DNA from: an uncultured virus (IMG/VR IMGVR_UViG_3300009551_000011)
Lineage: Duplodnaviria; Heunggongvirae; Uroviricota; Caudoviricetes
Direction: 5' to 3' (one strand)
Virus record (IMG/VR): IMGVR_UViG_3300009551_000011
Length of the DNA: 64,000 bases
Position numbers and translations under genes: made by a program. This document shows positions 19,708-28,371 of this stretch, one piece after another (the stretch's first letter is position 1; the number at the start of each line of letters is the position of its first letter). The notes under the pieces were generated by a model, which saw nothing but the letters and a program-made list of their open reading frames with translations, was not told where the DNA came from and ran no database searches.

Positions 19708-20187
19708 ATGCTAGAGAATCTATCGCCGACCGAAAAGCATGACGCTGCGGTACGCATACTCGCAATCATCAACGCAGACGCGAAAAGCCTTGGGCTTGGT
19801 ACGGATTTCTCCGCTGGTGATGACGGTCCCCTTAACCACAAGCTTAATGCATCGGATTACGATGACGCTTATAACGTCCCAAACGATCCGATTCAAACGG
19901 ATGATTTTCTCACTTTGATTAATGGCGACGAATCCGAGCAGATCGGCATCCCGGAGAGCGCGCGTTTGTCGATGTATTTGACGCCCGGTTCTATCCGAAT
20001 CGGTGATTCTAACATTCAATCAATGCTTGGGAAGATATTCACTCCAGGTGCAACCCCGATCAGTCATGCGGCCATTGTGGCAAAGGGAACTCGCCCGGGC
20101 TCGCTAATTGAGCATGAATTTGGTACTGGCTTTCGCACAACAGACGATGATGTTGCATACGTTCGACAGAATCAAGGATCCCTATGA
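19708..20187 (+). CDS. hypothetical protein
   Basis: ORF in operon with RBS. Confidence 0.6.
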   Translation: MLENLSPTEKHDAAVRILAIINADAKSLGLGTDFSAGDDGPLNHKLNASDYDDAYNVPNDPIQTDDFLTLINGDESEQIGIPESARLSMYLTPGSIRIGDSNIQSMLGKIFTPGATPISHAAIVAKGTRPGSLIEHEFGTGFRTTDDDVAYVRQNQGSL

Positions 20188-20459
20188 TCGACCGTGATAA
20201 GTTAACCGAATACCTGAAGGAGGACCCCGATAAAATGGGGTTCGCCGCGCTCATTGAAGAAGGACGGCCAAATGCGTTGGCTGCGCTTATGAACGCCAAG
20301 CCAGACGAGGAGACACCGAGCAAAGCAGAAGAGATGTTCGGCACAGGTGCCTTCGTGAGCGACGAGGACTGCTCGCTGGTGGTGTTTTCCTACTACGAGG
20401 AGATCGCGCCTGAGCATGGCGGCGCAAACGGTCCGATTGAGGCAGGAGAACCTGAGTAA
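20184..20459 (+). CDS. hypothetical protein
   Basis: ATGA-coupled ORF. Confidence 0.55.
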   Translation: MIDRDKLTEYLKEDPDKMGFAALIEEGRPNALAALMNAKPDEETPSKAEEMFGTGAFVSDEDCSLVVFSYYEEIAPEHGGANGPIEAGEPE

Positions 20460-20956
20460 TGGCGACTACCTTCAAAAAGGTACGAGGAACACTTGTTACG
20501 GCGACTATTACCCAGGCATCCCTCGCCAACTCGGCCGGACGCGTAAGCGCACAGATTGACTTGCAAGATGGAAACAGTCAACTACCAGATGAACTCCTGA
20601 TTGAGTGGTTCTTCACCGCTGGCACGTCTCCGACTTCTGGTAACGCTACAGAGCTCCATCAAGTTTGGGGCGACGATGAAGGAACCCCGCACATTGACGG
20701 TGGCTTGGCGGCAACAGACACCGGATATACAACCGGGCCGCCTTCCGCCTCTACAATCCGCAGTTTGGGAATCGAGCAGCTCTTGGCGTTTATCTCAGGA
20801 GGCACGACAGGCGAAGCGTTCAAAGGTTCAATTCTTGTTCCTGTACGCGCTCGGTATTGGAGCGGATTCGTTTATAACGGCTCCGGCGTAACCGCCAACG
20901 GTACAGGTACGAACTTCTGGCTCCGGGTGACACCGATTTACTACAGTACAACCTAA
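20459..20956 (+). CDS. putative virion beta-sandwich protein
   Basis: SLANSAGR.S motif; Thr/Gly-rich; coupled ORF. Confidence 0.6.
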   Translation: MATTFKKVRGTLVTATITQASLANSAGRVSAQIDLQDGNSQLPDELLIEWFFTAGTSPTSGNATELHQVWGDDEGTPHIDGGLAATDTGYTTGPPSASTIRSLGIEQLLAFISGGTTGEAFKGSILVPVRARYWSGFVYNGSGVTANGTGTNFWLRVTPIYYSTT

Positions 20957-21798
20957 TGCCATTACAGCGGCCCCTACTTATCCCGAAGAATGCGATTTTG
21001 CACCCGGAGTTTTGTGATCGCTTTGGGCGGCCGGTTCTGGCTTTTCATTCGCAGTCCGGAGCAATCGCGCCAGCTGGCGGAGGGGTTGTGTTCAACCGGG
21101 GCGCTTCTGGCGGGCGGGGTGCAGCGCATACAGATTACACATTCGACCGCGGCGGCATCCGTAAGGCGTCTGCAACTACAAGCGCTGTGGATTTCGGGAG
21201 ATCGAAGCAATGGGAAGACGGTGGCGCAGTTACCATTTGGGCGCACCATATGCCGACGAACTTTGCCGGATTCCCGACTCCCCTTAGCTGCTGTGCTTCC
21301 GGCGCTTTGAATGGATGGGAACTCGGAATCAATTCTTCGGGCAATGCTCGCCTGTTCTGCTCGAGCGGAACGAGCGCGTCAATCGTTTCTACTGCATCCC
21401 TATCTACCAACCAGATTATTACCCAGATGGGAGTAGTGCTGCCGGGTGTCGCATGGGGTGGGCTTTACATTAACGGAGTGCTTCAGACTGTGACAGGTTC
21501 GGCGACTCCGAACAGTCCGACATATGCTACTTCGTTGAAGATCGCCAATAGGGCCGGTACCAACTTCGGCAATCTCATCGTGTGGCAGGCGCTTGTTTGG
21601 AATAAAGTGCAGTCTCAGCAGTTAGCCGTCCTGCTGGATAGGGATCCGGACCTCATGTGGTGGTGGCCAGGCAAAGAGGCGAACAGAACGATATTCCTAC
21701 CGGGTGCGGCAGCAGGAAGCGGAGCAGGCCCGCTAATAGGGCCAGGCAGGCTAATCGTTGGAGGCATTCATAATTCCGGAAGGTTGGTTAGATGTTAG
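20956..21798 (+). CDS. LamG-like domain protein
   Basis: NGWELG, LYINGV, LKIANR and C-terminal DP..MW pattern. Confidence 0.65.
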   Translation: MPLQRPLLIPKNAILHPEFCDRFGRPVLAFHSQSGAIAPAGGGVVFNRGASGGRGAAHTDYTFDRGGIRKASATTSAVDFGRSKQWEDGGAVTIWAHHMPTNFAGFPTPLSCCASGALNGWELGINSSGNARLFCSSGTSASIVSTASLSTNQIITQMGVVLPGVAWGGLYINGVLQTVTGSATPNSPTYATSLKIANRAGTNFGNLIVWQALVWNKVQSQQLAVLLDRDPDLMWWWPGKEANRTIFLPGAAAGSGAGPLIGPGRLIVGGIHNSGRLVRC

Positions 21799-23171
21799 CA
21801 CTTGGCAACGTCCATCCCGGCAGCACTCTATATATTCCCTTCGAAACCTTCGCGGGCGCAACCGGCGCGCCGATCACCATGACCGGCTTTGCGGTGGGCG
21901 ACATCAAGATATATAAGGACGGCTCAACCACCGAACGCGCCTCCACCTCCGGCTTCACCCTTCTGGATACAGACGGGACCGATTTTGACGGCATCACAGG
22001 CATTCAAGGATTCTCGATCGACCTGAGCGACAACACGACCGCCGACTTTTACAAATGCGGATCCAAATATTTCGTTGTAATCTCGACCGTGACTGTAGAC
22101 GGCCAAACGATGAGCTTCATCGCGGCTCACTTCCGGATCGCCTACGAGAACGCGTTTCTTTCCACGTTTATAGCCACCCTGAGCAGTCAGACCTCATTCA
22201 CACTAAGCGCAGGACCTGCTGAGGACAACGCGCTTAAGGGAATGCAGGTAATCGTTCAGAATGCCGCTTCCGGCGTCCAGAAGTCGATGTGCGTCATATC
22301 GGCGTATACCGGCAGCACAAAGACTGTGACGCTTGCGGCAGGAGCTACGTTTACCGCGGCGGTTGGCGATAATATTTCGGTATTGAATCTTGCTCCACTG
22401 CAACCGGTTACACCAGGTCGTACCGTTGTAGTGGACGCTAACGGGGTCGCTGATGCAAACCTGATTCGAATCCTTGGAACACTTCTAACTGAAACCGCTG
22501 GCCAATTAGCAGCCGGTTTTAAGAAGTTCTTTAATGTTACGGCGCCTACTGCACAAGCCGACAATCTACCATTGAATACTGACTATACTTCTGCTCGAGC
22601 TACGAAGATCGACTTCCTGACAGGAGACGCATACGCAAGAATCGGAGCAGCAGGTGCCGGACTTACCGCGTTGGGAGACACTCGAATCGCGAATCTGGAT
22701 GCGGCAGTATCAACAAGGCTAGCTAGCGCGTCCTACACCGCGCCTCCAACCGCTGCACAGAATCGCGCCGAAATGGATGCCAATTCCACGAAGCTTGCAA
22801 ATCTAGATGCCACCGTCTCATCTAGGTTGGCCTCTGGCTCATATACGGCACCGCCTTCTGCCGCGGCTAACCGTGCGGAAATGGATTCGAACTCTACCCA
22901 GTTGGCAAAAATTGGAACGCCAGCCGGCGCATCACTCGCAGCAGATATTGCAGGAGTTCCGACCGCATTGCTTGACCTTGCTAACGGCGTTGAAACCGGC
23001 TTAACACTCCGCCAGGCCATGCGCCTGATTGCAGCTGCAGAGGCCGGACAGATAAGCGGAGCGGCAACAACAACCATTGTAATCAAGGCGGCCGGCGTTC
23101 CCGGTACGACCAGAATCACGGCTACCGTTGACGCGGACGGGAATCGCTCGTCACTTACCTTGAATCCATAA
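21792..23171 (+). CDS. putative fibre/virion protein with internal repeats
   Basis: Ala/Thr-rich; 36-aa tandem repeat; C-terminal LTLRQAMRL...RITATVDADGNRS. Confidence 0.65.
   Translation: MLALGNVHPGSTLYIPFETFAGATGAPITMTGFAVGDIKIYKDGSTTERASTSGFTLLDTDGTDFDGITGIQGFSIDLSDNTTADFYKCGSKYFVVISTVTVDGQTMSFIAAHFRIAYENAFLSTFIATLSSQTSFTLSAGPAEDNALKGMQVIVQNAASGVQKSMCVISAYTGSTKTVTLAAGATFTAAVGDNISVLNLAPLQPVTPGRTVVVDANGVADANLIRILGTLLTETAGQLAAGFKKFFNVTAPTAQADNLPLNTDYTSARATKIDFLTGDAYARIGAAGAGLTALGDTRIANLDAAVSTRLASASYTAPPTAAQNRAEMDANSTKLANLDATVSSRLASGSYTAPPSAAANRAEMDSNSTQLAKIGTPAGASLAADIAGVPTALLDLANGVETGLTLRQAMRLIAAAEAGQISGAATTTIVIKAAGVPGTTRITATVDADGNRSSLTLNP
22692..22907 (+). repeat. 108-bp (36-aa) tandem repeat, 2 copies
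   Basis: NLDAAVSTRLASASYTAPPTAAQNRAEMDANSTKLA followed by NLDATVSSRLASGSYTAPPSAAANRAEMDSNSTQLA. Confidence 0.85.
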
Positions 23172-23172
23172 A

Positions 23173-23358
23173 ATGTGGCCACGAAGATACTTTTCAGTTA
23201 GATATTGGGCTGCGCGGTATTGGCCAAAGGTTGGCGGCGGTTCACCTGTCACCAATGCCGAGCCCGTCTGCGTCACGCTCACCGCTCGAGCTAAGCCAGT
23301 CGTGACCTTGACAGCCCGTTCTAAGCCTGTGGTAACGCTAACCAAGAGGGAATGCTAA
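23173..23358 (+). CDS. small basic protein with three ~10-aa PVVTLTAR repeats
   Basis: translation; coupled to its neighbours. Confidence 0.55.
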   Translation: MWPRRYFSVRYWAARYWPKVGGGSPVTNAEPVCVTLTARAKPVVTLTARSKPVVTLTKREC

Positions 23359-23720
23359 TGGCCACGTTAGAGCTAACCAGGGGTGATACCAACATATGGG
23401 ACGGGGTAGCGAAGATTGACGGCGCGGAGATAGACCTTAACCAGTACGCCGTTTGGTTTACTGCGAAGAAGAACCAAAACGATCTCGATTCCGCCGCCGT
23501 CTTTATGAAGACCGTAGGCAGCGGAATCACGCTTAAAACGCAGTCTGGTGGTACTCTCGGCGGCTTCGTGATTGAACTACCACCGAGCGACACATTAGGG
23601 CTCGTGTATGCGTTTCCGCTCTGGTACGACGTTCAGGTAAAGGGCTCCGACAACAAGGTTTATACAGCGGACTCCGGCACCCTCTCCGTCGCGCTGGACG
23701 TTACGCGGGCGACGAGTTAG
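23358..23720 (+). CDS. BppU-N-like virion protein
   Basis: RGDT, FTAKK, YDVQV and DVTR motifs. Confidence 0.65.
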   Translation: MATLELTRGDTNIWDGVAKIDGAEIDLNQYAVWFTAKKNQNDLDSAAVFMKTVGSGITLKTQSGGTLGGFVIELPPSDTLGLVYAFPLWYDVQVKGSDNKVYTADSGTLSVALDVTRATS

Positions 23721-23964
23721 CCTCTGGCCCTACCTTCTTCAAGGCTTCTGCCAATTTACGAACCTCCGTAGTTGCCCGTCCTGCGTGGAGTGCGGACAAA
23801 TGCCATTGAGATGTCGCTGCGGTCAACGCTAAACAGGCTTTCGCCATGCCTCGTCTATACTCTAGCGAAATTATAGGATTTCCCCTGTAGATTCTCATAT
23901 CGTTCTCCTTTGCATCATTCTACCATAGCAGGAACCCCGCTCCCTCACGCCTAATCTTCGCCGC

Positions 23965-24201
23965 ATGGATTACCTGCCCGGCACCGTCCTTCGCCTCCTA
24001 CCGAACCAACTCCAAGGCTTTCCCTCTGCCTGCTATGTCGTTCTTCACGTCGAGGGTGCCACCGCTCAACTCTGCCTCGCCGGAGAAGACGAGAACGGCG
24101 ACGTTTGCACAACCGAAATTCTATTAACTACTAACATCTACAATCTGTCGTTCTTCAAGATTCTGCCGGTGGTTGTGCCGATGAACATTGAACCTGAGTA
24201 A
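23965..24201 (+). CDS. hypothetical protein, probably leaderless
   Basis: TAATCT 7 nt before the ATG. Confidence 0.45.
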   Translation: MDYLPGTVLRLLPNQLQGFPSACYVVLHVEGATAQLCLAGEDENGDVCTTEILLTTNIYNLSFFKILPVVVPMNIEPE

Positions 24202-24271
24202 CTCCGTGGTAAACAGTGGCTATTTGTATACTCGTACAGGATTGTCTACTCATGCCGCATAATCCCGGTTC

Positions 24272-24694
24272 ATGCTTAACAGAATCATCCTCGTCGGGCG
24301 TGTGGACCAAAAGTACGGACTGACGTACAACAAAGGCGGCATTCCCAGAGTAGAGTTTCCGCTGACTTTTGAGAAGCTCGAAAAGCCAGCGGATGACAAC
24401 GAGTATATCGTGAGCTTTATTGATGTGAAGCTTGTACGGCAGCCAGCAGTATTCTTTGACAAATACGTGAAGCAGTTAGCCCTGGTTATGGTTGAAGGCA
24501 GGCTGCAAGTCAAACGGTATACCCGGCGGGATGGGGGCAAAGGAATCTACTACTCCATCATTGGCAGCAATATTGAGATTATTGACAACGTCGGACCCTG
24601 GGAACATCTACGGAAGACTGATACCGGCAGGCAATATGATTATGATGACGTTGATCCCTTCGCTGATGAGCCGGGAGGCGGGAATCCAGGCTGA
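24272..24694 (+). CDS. ssb: divergent single-stranded DNA-binding protein
   Basis: MLNRIILVGR, VMVEGRLQ..Y..RDG and acidic DPF tail. Confidence 0.75.
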   Translation: MLNRIILVGRVDQKYGLTYNKGGIPRVEFPLTFEKLEKPADDNEYIVSFIDVKLVRQPAVFFDKYVKQLALVMVEGRLQVKRYTRRDGGKGIYYSIIGSNIEIIDNVGPWEHLRKTDTGRQYDYDDVDPFADEPGGGNPG

Positions 24695-24700
24695 GGATTA

Positions 24701-24731
24701 AAAGCCCCGCCTGACTTACCAGACGGGGCTC
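24701..24731. terminator. hairpin between convergent genes
   Basis: AAAGCCCCG...CGGGGCT. Confidence 0.5.
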
Positions 24732-24761
24732 CCTGATTGGCCGACTAGGAGGAGGGCGCAA

Positions 24762-25022
24762 TCAAGCTTTACGAAGCAGTAAGGGTATCACGCGGGACTC
24801 TACGAACTCGCGGACTCGCGCCTCTTTTTCGTCCTCATCATTTACCATCACAATGCCGCCAGCCTCCTGGTAGAGTGCGCCGATCTCGTCTGAGGTAACG
24901 ATCTTGCCGCCGTCCTGTGTCTCATCTACGAAGGCGCTCCATCCGACCAACATATCTAAGAGGTGAGAGGTGGGGGATTCTCCCCTCACCTCCTCTTCAA
25001 TTTTCTTCTCTTCTGTCTTCAT
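24762..25022 (-). CDS. acidic protein coupled to HicA, putative antitoxin
   Basis: ATGA overlap with hicA; acidic; no clear canonical HicB motif. Confidence 0.5.
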   Translation of the reverse strand: MKTEEKKIEEEVRGESPTSHLLDMLVGWSAFVDETQDGGKIVTSDEIGALYQEAGGIVMVNDEDEKEARVREFVESRVIPLLLRKA

Positions 25023-25207
25023 GGCTTACCCCATCCTGCTTCTCGGTAGATACTTCTGAGTGTTCCGGGCTTGATGTCTCCGTGGTGTCTAGGGACTATC
25101 ACCCTGCCCGGCCTCTCCGGGTGCGTATAAACATCGTGCGGTCCGTCTTGTCGGGCTAACTCCCATCCGTCGGCGGTTAGAAGTTTCTTGAGTTCTCGAA
25201 CCTTCAT
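25019..25207 (-). CDS. hicA: HicA-family toxin (mRNA interferase)
   Basis: L..DGW...RQ.G.H..Y.HP...G.V.VP.H..DI..GTL.SI...AG signature. Confidence 0.9.
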   Translation of the reverse strand: MKVRELKKLLTADGWELARQDGPHDVYTHPERPGRVIVPRHHGDIKPGTLRSIYREAGWGKP

Positions 25208-25412
25208 GCTATTCCCTCCTCCTTACTTATCTACTCGCTCGGCTGGAAGGGATTAGGAAAGGGAGGCGGAATATTATTTGGAATATTTTCTGTAGATTTT
25301 GCAGTGCAGAATGGTGTTTTAGCGCCCGATAATATCTGACAAACAATGTTGACAAATGAAGGAATAAATAGCGGTGGCATGAAATTAGACTCGCACACTC
25401 TTACTGATCAGG

Positions 25413-25838
25413 TTGCCGCATTCGATGAAGATACCTACGCCGAAAGAGTCGGCATACCATCTTATCCATGAACTCTGTTTTCTTGGTGCGATTGCGTTTT
25501 CTCTATTGTCCGTTGCAGGACTGACACACCTGCTGCTGTGGTTGCTATCGAAAATCACACTACACGAAACCCCTGTGTGGTTGCTAGCGTTCGTATATGG
25601 CTGTGACATCGTTTTGTCTGCAATCTTCGTAGTATTATGTGTAGCGCTACATACAACGCAGATGAGCCAATGGTTTGAAGAAATTATCCAGACATGGCGT
25701 GCCAAGTTTGAAAAAGCTAAGGGCGAAGCAGAAAACCGGCAAGTCATAATAGACGGACACAGTGGAGTGCCCGCCTTGGAGAAACCCCAAAATGACAACC
25801 AATCAGAAGAACCTCAAACGAATATTCTCGGTAAATAA
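25413..25838 (+). CDS. two-TM membrane protein
   Basis: two hydrophobic helices; start uncertain. Confidence 0.5.
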   Translation: MPHSMKIPTPKESAYHLIHELCFLGAIAFSLLSVAGLTHLLLWLLSKITLHETPVWLLAFVYGCDIVLSAIFVVLCVALHTTQMSQWFEEIIQTWRAKFEKAKGEAENRQVIIDGHSGVPALEKPQNDNQSEEPQTNILGK

Positions 25839-26223
25839 CACTTCGGGTATGCTCGCTGGTGTGTGGGGGTTCCTGCTTGGCGGGGCGCTCGTAAATACGA
25901 CCAGTGTAGGTGTTCTTTACACAGTAGGGGCTCCACAGTGGCTTATCTATTCGGCAGGAGCAGTGGTAACGGTCTCCGTTTTAATAGCCGGCGTCTTCAT
26001 GCTTTGCATGGAATACGTTAACCCATCGGTCCGAAATACAAAGGAATTTTGCCACATCGTGGTTCTTGCAGGCAAGTATGCGTTGCTCAGTCCTTTGGTT
26101 GTCCCTGCGTTATTAATCCTCTTGCTTACGTGGCGATGGCTTATGCTGGCATTTATCTGGGTGTACTTAGTCCCGAAGATAAGGCGTGATATCTCGTTCG
26201 CCCGGAGCGCAGCATCAATTTAG
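25792..26223 (+). CDS. multi-TM membrane protein
   Basis: several hydrophobic helices; GGAG before the ATG at 25792. Confidence 0.5.
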   Translation: MTTNQKNLKRIFSVNNTSGMLAGVWGFLLGGALVNTTSVGVLYTVGAPQWLIYSAGAVVTVSVLIAGVFMLCMEYVNPSVRNTKEFCHIVVLAGKYALLSPLVVPALLILLLTWRWLMLAFIWVYLVPKIRRDISFARSAASI

Positions 26224-26257
26224 CCACCGATACAACGCCACCTTTATTCCAGGCAAC

Positions 26258-26284
26258 AAAAAGGGCCGGGGATTAACCCGGCCC
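26258..26284 (-). terminator. intrinsic terminator
   Basis: minus strand GGGCCGGG-TTAATC-CCCGGCCC-TTTTT. Confidence 0.8.
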
Positions 26285-26351
26285 TCTCTGCTTTCGCGAT
26301 CAGGAATAAATCCCTCTCGCTGTCTCGTGCCCTTAGAGGGCTATGGTTAGG

Positions 26352-26430
26352 TGAATCCGGATGGGTTCGAGCCATCTCCTCCTAGCGGTTTTTACACTGC
26401 TAGGCGTTCCCCGTTTGTCACTTCGGACTC
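26352..26430 (-). other. tRNA-like element (non-canonical)
   Basis: 7-bp acceptor GAGTCCG/CGGATTC plus A; T-arm GATGG-CTCGAAC-CCATC; extended anticodon-like arm CCTAGC/GCTAGG; poor D-arm; no CCA. Confidence 0.55.
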
Positions 26431-26589
26431 ATGTTGCAGAACTCTTACGCGGTCCTGCGTACGGCTTGGATGTACGCCGATTTATTCCATCCCAAGCGAG
26501 GGTATCTATCCCTGCCGCGCCTTGCTCTACGTCGTCACGTAAAGCGTAATTCCGGCCGCATTCTCTACCGGCACCGTCTATACAGGCAA

Positions 26590-26618
26590 ATAATACTAAA
26601 TCCCCGCAATCCTGTCAA
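26590..26618 (-). promoter_or_regulatory. sigma70-type promoter
   Basis: minus strand TTGACA, 17-nt spacer, TATTAT. Confidence 0.8.
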
Positions 26619-26694
26619 GTAGACACAGCAAAGCCCGCTGACGGGGCATCTCGCCAACGGGCTTCACTTTCCTTCGTTCAACCAGATTATACCG

Positions 26695-26856
26695 CTAAAT
26701 GGTCATCGGTCGCAGGAGTTTGCCGACGTCCACTACCTGAGCCTTCCGCAACTCCATAGACATCTTCGCGGCCATTTGTGCGCCTTCCTGAACGGCTTGC
26801 TGTCCTTCGGGTGATTTGACCCAGTCCTGCGCTGCTTTGGCTAAATCTTTGTCCAT
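26695..26856 (-). CDS. small leaderless hypothetical protein
   Basis: TATAAT 6 nt before the ATG. Confidence 0.5.
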   Translation of the reverse strand: MDKDLAKAAQDWVKSPEGQQAVQEGAQMAAKMSMELRKAQVVDVGKLLRPMTI

Positions 26857-26863
26857 AACTCGA

Positions 26864-27028
26864 TTATACTGTCGCAATATCGTCGTTCATCACATGCGGA
26901 AAACACAGCTTGAACTGCTTGACTAGTTCATCCCCATCACACCCGTTCTCCTGAAGAATACTCAGTAAGAGTTTTGGCGATAACACTTCAAGCATGCCGA
27001 GCGGTTTTAGTTTTTGACCCTTTTTCAT
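26864..27028 (-). CDS. small leaderless hypothetical protein
   Basis: TATAAT 6 nt before the ATG. Confidence 0.45.
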   Translation of the reverse strand: MKKGQKLKPLGMLEVLSPKLLLSILQENGCDGDELVKQFKLCFPHVMNDDIATV

Positions 27029-27116
27029 GCCCCGATTATACCGTAAACTGGAAAAACGCCTTTTTCCTGATTCCGCCTCCGCCAACCTCCCGCGAGTAGA
27101 ACCACAGGAGGGCAAC

Positions 27117-27371
27117 ATGCTACCACTCAAACAGATACTCATCCTCGCATCCATCTACAACGGGCGCAACAGCCATGCCGGCCTAACTCACGGGCTCGAA
27201 GGTGAGCCGAAGCGGGAGATCGAACGCCACATTGCTCACATGGTGACCGCAGGATTCATTAAGGTCTGCGGAGGCAGCATCCCTTACTTTATGCTCACGA
27301 AATTGGGACACGAGAGGCTGATCGAGGCGTCGGCGCCGTTTGCGGAGACCTCCGCCTCCCTGAGCGCTTGA
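27117..27371 (+). CDS. small winged-helix-like protein
   Basis: AGGAGG RBS; M..AGFI...LTKLG pattern. Confidence 0.5.
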   Translation: MLPLKQILILASIYNGRNSHAGLTHGLEGEPKREIERHIAHMVTAGFIKVCGGSIPYFMLTKLGHERLIEASAPFAETSASLSA

Positions 27372-27375
27372 CATC

Positions 27376-28371
27376 TCAAGCCCGCGTTCGCTTCTTCTGC
27401 GCCTCCACCGGGCTATATAGGCGGTGTTGCACCTCAATGTCCGCCTGGGCGAAGGCGACGTATCTCTGCGTCATTTGCAGGTTCGTGTGACCGAGGAGCA
27501 TTTGAAGAGAAAAGACGTTGCCGCCTGCGCGTAGGAACTCCACGGCGAATGTGTGCCGGTAGCGGTGCGGATGCGCATTGTCGACGCTGGCACGCTCGCC
27601 CCATCGGACGACGAGTTGCAGAAGGCCGCTGCGGGTAAACGGGCCGCGCTCCCCCATAAACAGCATATCCTCAGTCGTCCGGCCTTCTGATCGGACATAG
27701 TCGAGGATCGCCTTTGTTGTCGTCTTGTGGAACGGCAGCGAGCGGGTTTTACCCCCTTTCCCCAAAACCATCACCCTCTTGCCCAAAATGTTCAGGTCCT
27801 TGTAAGGCAATCCGCAAAGCTCAGTCGCCCTCAAGCCAGTATCCAACATAAGGTAGTGCATCGCTACATCTCGCTTTGGGTAGTTGCCGGCTTTGGCCGC
27901 CTTCAGGAGCTTGTCGCATTCTTCAGCGGTGTACGGCCGAATCTGATCGGCCCTGGCGATGGGCGCCGCGATCCGATCCATTGGTGAGACCGACAGAATC
28001 CCCTCTTCGATGCACCAGTTGAAGAAACTGCGAAGGTGTCCGTGAACGGTGTGGACAGTGCGAGGGCGCACAGCCTTTGTGCATTGAGGATTCCCCCAGC
28101 GCCCACCTTCTTCTTCATGGCCATGGGTCAGGTAATGGAGGTAGCCGCGCAGCGCCGTACGGTCAATGACCTGGATGTTCTTCTTCTTCAGGAACCAATC
28201 CAGCTTATTGAGGATATCCCGGCGGCGTTCTATGGTGCGGGAGGAGTGTTGTTCGATGTCGCAGGAGAGATGCCAGCCTTCCGCAGTTTGCTCTAATTCT
28301 GAAGTGGCGAGCAATTCGGAGGCGTCTGGCGCGCTTGACAAAATCTTCAAACGCGGAGCTGAGTTGAGCAT
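27376..28371 (-). CDS. int: tyrosine integrase
   Basis: DTGLRATE (R), GKGGK (K), HRYRH (HxxR), LLGH and TQRY (Y) motifs. Confidence 0.95.
   Translation of the reverse strand: MLNSAPRLKILSSAPDASELLATSELEQTAEGWHLSCDIEQHSSRTIERRRDILNKLDWFLKKKNIQVIDRTALRGYLHYLTHGHEEEGGRWGNPQCTKAVRPRTVHTVHGHLRSFFNWCIEEGILSVSPMDRIAAPIARADQIRPYTAEECDKLLKAAKAGNYPKRDVAMHYLMLDTGLRATELCGLPYKDLNILGKRVMVLGKGGKTRSLPFHKTTTKAILDYVRSEGRTTEDMLFMGERGPFTRSGLLQLVVRWGERASVDNAHPHRYRHTFAVEFLRAGGNVFSLQMLLGHTNLQMTQRYVAFAQADIEVQHRLYSPVEAQKKRTRA

Larger units (their letters stand above)
26258..26583 (-). ncRNA. candidate ~325-nt structured ncRNA with embedded tRNA-like domain
   Basis: bounded by a consensus promoter and a terminator; no minus-strand ORF of 60 aa or more; many helices. 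Confidence 0.65.

Noticed and set aside
13279..23720. Diversity-generating retroelement or invertible tail-fibre cassette
   Set aside because: No reverse transcriptase, no TR/VR pair and no invertase seen; the only repeats are in-frame protein repeats
26352..26430. Canonical tRNA (for example Tyr-GTA) or tmRNA
   Set aside because: No proper D-arm or 7-nt anticodon loop, the T-loop starts with C, no CCA, and no tmRNA termini; kept only as tRNA-like
26351..26622. Three ~63-aa plus-strand ORFs
   Set aside because: They overlap in all three frames with no RBS or motifs; the opposite strand has the promoter, terminator and RNA structure
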